A DNA stretch of 10,007 nt, from positions 1 through 10,007 of the forward strand of contig JBEPZV010000071.1 of the NCBI GenBank assembly GCA_041640655.1, written 5' to 3'. A program made the translations under genes and the position numbers. Under the pieces are notes generated by a model that was not told where the DNA came from, ran no database searches, and saw only the letters and a program-made list of their open reading frames with translations. The DNA comes from a bacterium. Lineage in GTDB: Bacteria; Acidobacteriota; Blastocatellia; HR10. Positions 7,606 through 10,007 of this stretch are shown here, one piece after another. Position 1 is the stretch's first letter; every line of letters begins with the position of its first letter.

Positions 7606-7635
7606 CGCACTATCCTCGCCATGGAGGGAGAGACG

Positions 7636-9189
7636 ATGAAGATGACACGGAAGGAATTCCTGGAACTCACCGGACGAGCGATGATGGGGGCGATGATGGC
7701 CCCCGACTTCTTTCATTTCCTGGAGGCGCCGCGCGGCTTCATCGAGGACATCCTCGAATCGCCGCGCGTGAAGAAGATTCACAAGTACATCGAGGATCAC
7801 AAGGAGGAACACATCGCCAAGATCCAACGCGATCTCCGGCAGCCCTCGGTGAGCAGTTGGAACATGGGGATTCAGGAGATGGCGGAGCTGATGCGGGAGT
7901 CCTTCAAGGAGTTGGGGTGCAAGGAGGCCGAGTTGGTCAAGACCGATGGCTATCCGGGCGTCTGGGCGTGGTATGATGCGGGGGCGACGAAGACGATCTC
8001 GACCTACATGATGTACGACACGCAGCCCTTCAATGAGCGGGAGTGGTCCTCACCGCCGCTGGCGGCGAATCGGGTGAAGATGGACCCCTTTGGCGAGGTG
8101 ATCATCGCTCGCGGGGCGATCAATTCCAAGGGGCCGAACCGCATGTTCCTGAACGCCTGTGAGGCGATCATCGCGTGCGAGGGGAAGTTGCCCCTGAACA
8201 TCATGTTCACGTGTGATGGGGAGGAGGAGCAGGGCAGTCCGCACTTCCATCAAGTGCTCGCGCCCTACATCTCCCGGCTCAAGACGTGCCGGGCGCACTT
8301 GAGCGCTGGCCCCTCGCAGAATCGGGATGGATTCGTCAACATGTATCTGGGCAATAAGGGGATCGCCTATGTGGAGCTGGAGTGTCACGGCCGATACTGG
8401 GGGCGCGGACCGCAGCGCATGCCCATCCATTCGAGCCGCAAGGCGATCCTGGATAGCCCCGTGTGGCGGTTGGTGAAAGCGCTCTCGACGATGGTGGATG
8501 AGACGGGGAACAAGATTCTGATCGAGGGCTACTACGATGCCATTGTGCCCCCCACGGAGGAGGAGGTGATGCTCGTCAACACGTTGATCGCGCGATTCGG
8601 TGAGCGCGCCCTCGCCTCCGAGCGGGAGAACGTGAGGGTGTGGATGAACGATTGGTCGGCGGCCGAGGCGATCTGGCACCTGGTCTTCGACACGACGCTC
8701 AACATCAACGGCATCTGGGCCGGATACACGGGGCCGGGCTCGGCGACGATCCTGCCGGAGAAGGCGGCCGTGAAGATAGATAGTCGGCTCGTCCCCAATC
8801 AGGTGATTGATGAACAGATCGCGCTCATCCGGCGGCATCTGGATAAGCATGGCTTCAGTGACATCAAGATGACGAAGCTCGGTGGCGGCGATGAATGGTC
8901 ACGCACGAGCGTGCGCGCGCCGGTCGTGCAAGCGGTGCTCGCCGTCTACAAGCACTATGGCATTGAGCCGGCGATCTGGCCGCGCTCGGCTGGCTCGAGC
9001 CCGCAGGCGCAGTACACGCGTCCGCCGCTCAATCTCCCCGCTTGCTCGGGAGGTCTCGGCCACGGCGGTCGCGCGCACGCGATTGACGAATATCTGGTGA
9101 TCGAGGGGAACGATCGCGTCGCGGGGCTTGTCAAAGCCGAGCAGTCTATTGTAGACATCCTCTTCGCCTACGCCTATTGGCCGGAGTAA
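7636..9189 (+). CDS. M20/M25/M40 family metallo-hydrolase (dipeptidase-like, CNDP2/Dug1/Sso-CP2 type) with Tat-like leader
   Basis: Start reassigned from 7522 to ATG 7636, which is in frame, follows GGAGGGAG and directly precedes TRKEFL. M20 motifs: RQPSVSS, YMMYDTQP, EWSSPP, ARGAINSKG, DGEEEQGSP, LGNKGI, IHSS...SPVWRLVKAL, TLNINGIWAGYTGPGSATILP, KIDSRLVPNQ, AHAIDEY. Confidence 0.9.
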   Translation: MKMTRKEFLELTGRAMMGAMMAPDFFHFLEAPRGFIEDILESPRVKKIHKYIEDHKEEHIAKIQRDLRQPSVSSWNMGIQEMAELMRESFKELGCKEAELVKTDGYPGVWAWYDAGATKTISTYMMYDTQPFNEREWSSPPLAANRVKMDPFGEVIIARGAINSKGPNRMFLNACEAIIACEGKLPLNIMFTCDGEEEQGSPHFHQVLAPYISRLKTCRAHLSAGPSQNRDGFVNMYLGNKGIAYVELECHGRYWGRGPQRMPIHSSRKAILDSPVWRLVKALSTMVDETGNKILIEGYYDAIVPPTEEEVMLVNTLIARFGERALASERENVRVWMNDWSAAEAIWHLVFDTTLNINGIWAGYTGPGSATILPEKAAVKIDSRLVPNQVIDEQIALIRRHLDKHGFSDIKMTKLGGGDEWSRTSVRAPVVQAVLAVYKHYGIEPAIWPRSAGSSPQAQYTRPPLNLPACSGGLGHGGRAHAIDEYLVIEGNDRVAGLVKAEQSIVDILFAYAYWPE

Positions 9190-9204
9190 CGGGGAGAGGG
9201 GATC

Positions 9205-9241
9205 GGAGGGATGGTCTCTCGCCTGAGGGACCGTCTCCTCC
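9205..9241 (+). other. Intergenic stem-loop after the M20 gene (no U-tract)
   Basis: GGAGGGATGGTCTCTC (9205-9220), loop GCCT, GAGGGACCGTCTCCTCC (9225-9241): 16 pairs including G-U, with one bulge. Confidence 0.75.
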
Positions 9242-9276
9242 AGTGAAGCGTTCGGATCAAACGAAGGAGGGGGGAG

Positions 9277-10007
9277 ATGAGGATCATGCTCATAAGGCTA
9301 CGACGATGGGTCACCGCGTTCGTTCTCTTCGTCCTCGCGATCGGTGGAGCCTCTTCGATCTTCTCGCGATCAGTAGCCGCTCAGGATCGCGCGTCGCGCT
9401 TTGATCCGAAGCTGTATCAGGCGATGCAATGGCGCTTGATCGGTCCGTTTCGCGGCGGACGCGTGACCGCCGTCGCGGGCGTGCCGAGCCAGCCGATGAC
9501 CTTCTACATGGGCGCGACCGGAGGCGGCGTGTGGAAGACGGAGGATGGGGGTCTGACGTGGCGGAATATCTCCGACGGATACTTCAAGACGGGCTCGATC
9601 GGAGCGATCGCCGTGGCCGAGTCGGATCCGAATGTCATCTACGTCGGCACGGGTGAGGCCTGTCCGCGCGGCAACGTCTCGCACGGGGATGGGGTGTATA
9701 AATCCACTGATGGGGGGAGGACGTGGGTGAACGTGGGGTTGCGCGATACGCGCCATATCGCGCGAATTCGCATCCATCCGCAGAATCCGGACCTCGTCTA
9801 CGTCGCGGCGCTCGGGCACGTCTTCGGTCCCAATGAGGAGCGGGGGATCTTCCGTTCCAAGGACGGGGGGAAGACCTGGGAGAAGGTCCTCTTTGTGGAC
9901 GACAAGACAGGGGCGATTGATCTCGCTATGGATCCGACCAATCCGCGCATCCTCTACGCCGCGTTCTGGCAAGTCCTGCGTCAGCCGTGGACGCTCATCA
10001 GTGGTGG
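9277..10007 (+). CDS. Secreted BNR/Asp-box repeat, VPS10/sortilin-like beta-propeller protein (commonly annotated glycosyl hydrolase); 3' truncated by window edge
   Basis: Absent from the ORF track because it has no stop in the window. Manual translation from ATG 9277 after [31 protein letters not shown]...VAA/QD (signal peptide), [17 protein letters not shown], Asp-boxes [18 protein letters not shown] and RSKDGGKTW, plus [11 protein letters not shown] and [15 protein letters not shown]. Confidence 0.92.
   Translation, partial: MRIMLIRLRRWVTAFVLFVLAIGGASSIFSRSVAAQDRASRFDPKLYQAMQWRLIGPFRGGRVTAVAGVPSQPMTFYMGATGGGVWKTEDGGLTWRNISDGYFKTGSIGAIAVAESDPNVIYVGTGEACPRGNVSHGDGVYKSTDGGRTWVNVGLRDTRHIARIRIHPQNPDLVYVAALGHVFGPNEERGIFRSKDGGKTWEKVLFVDDKTGAIDLAMDPTNPRILYAAFWQVLRQPWTLISG

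Noticed and set aside
7588..7616. Possible internal promoter with -10 TATCCT (7611-7616) before the M20 gene
   Set aside because: No credible -35 at 16-18 nt spacing and no extended TG; not supportable, though not excluded.
7522..7635. N-terminal 38-aa extension of the M20 ORF given by the ORF track
   Set aside because: ATG 7522 is buried in the stem-loop and lacks an SD. ATG 7636 has GGAGGGAG upstream and places the Tat-like motif at the N-terminus.
8050..9972. Minus-strand ORFs 8050-8850 and 9370-9972
   Set aside because: Codon-aligned antisense shadows of the M20 and BNR/VPS10 genes, both ending opposite TCA codons.
1..10007. CRISPR array, tRNA/rRNA, IS/transposase, prophage or defence genes
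   Set aside because: No regularly spaced repeats, cloverleaf or T-loop motifs, terminal inverted repeats or integrase/nuclease motifs seen. Composition appears uniform and almost all sequence is explained by the six CDSs.

Overview
GC-rich bacterial window. The gene content (Oar-type TonB-dependent receptor, BNR/VPS10 protein, MFS/spermidine-synthase-TPR fusion) is typical of Acidobacteria or similar lineages; this is inference. From left to right: (1) the 3' half of truD; (2) a convergent 67-aa very basic protein with a near-consensus sigma70 promoter and strong RBS; (3) a 1100-aa membrane/SAM-binding spermidine-synthase-like/TPR fusion on the minus strand; (4) a compact divergent promoter region; (5) a plus-strand cluster encoding a TonB-dependent receptor, an M20 dipeptidase-like hydrolase (Tat-like leader, two metal ligands substituted) and a secreted Asp-box/VPS10-like beta-propeller. 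The last gene runs off the window and is missing from the ORF track. The cluster reads as a candidate SusD-less peptide/amide uptake and processing locus. The receptor-hydrolase spacer contains mutually exclusive RNA stems followed by a U6 run, resembling an attenuator. No CRISPR array, tRNA/rRNA or transposase was seen. The other long ORFs in the track are antisense or off-frame shadows.
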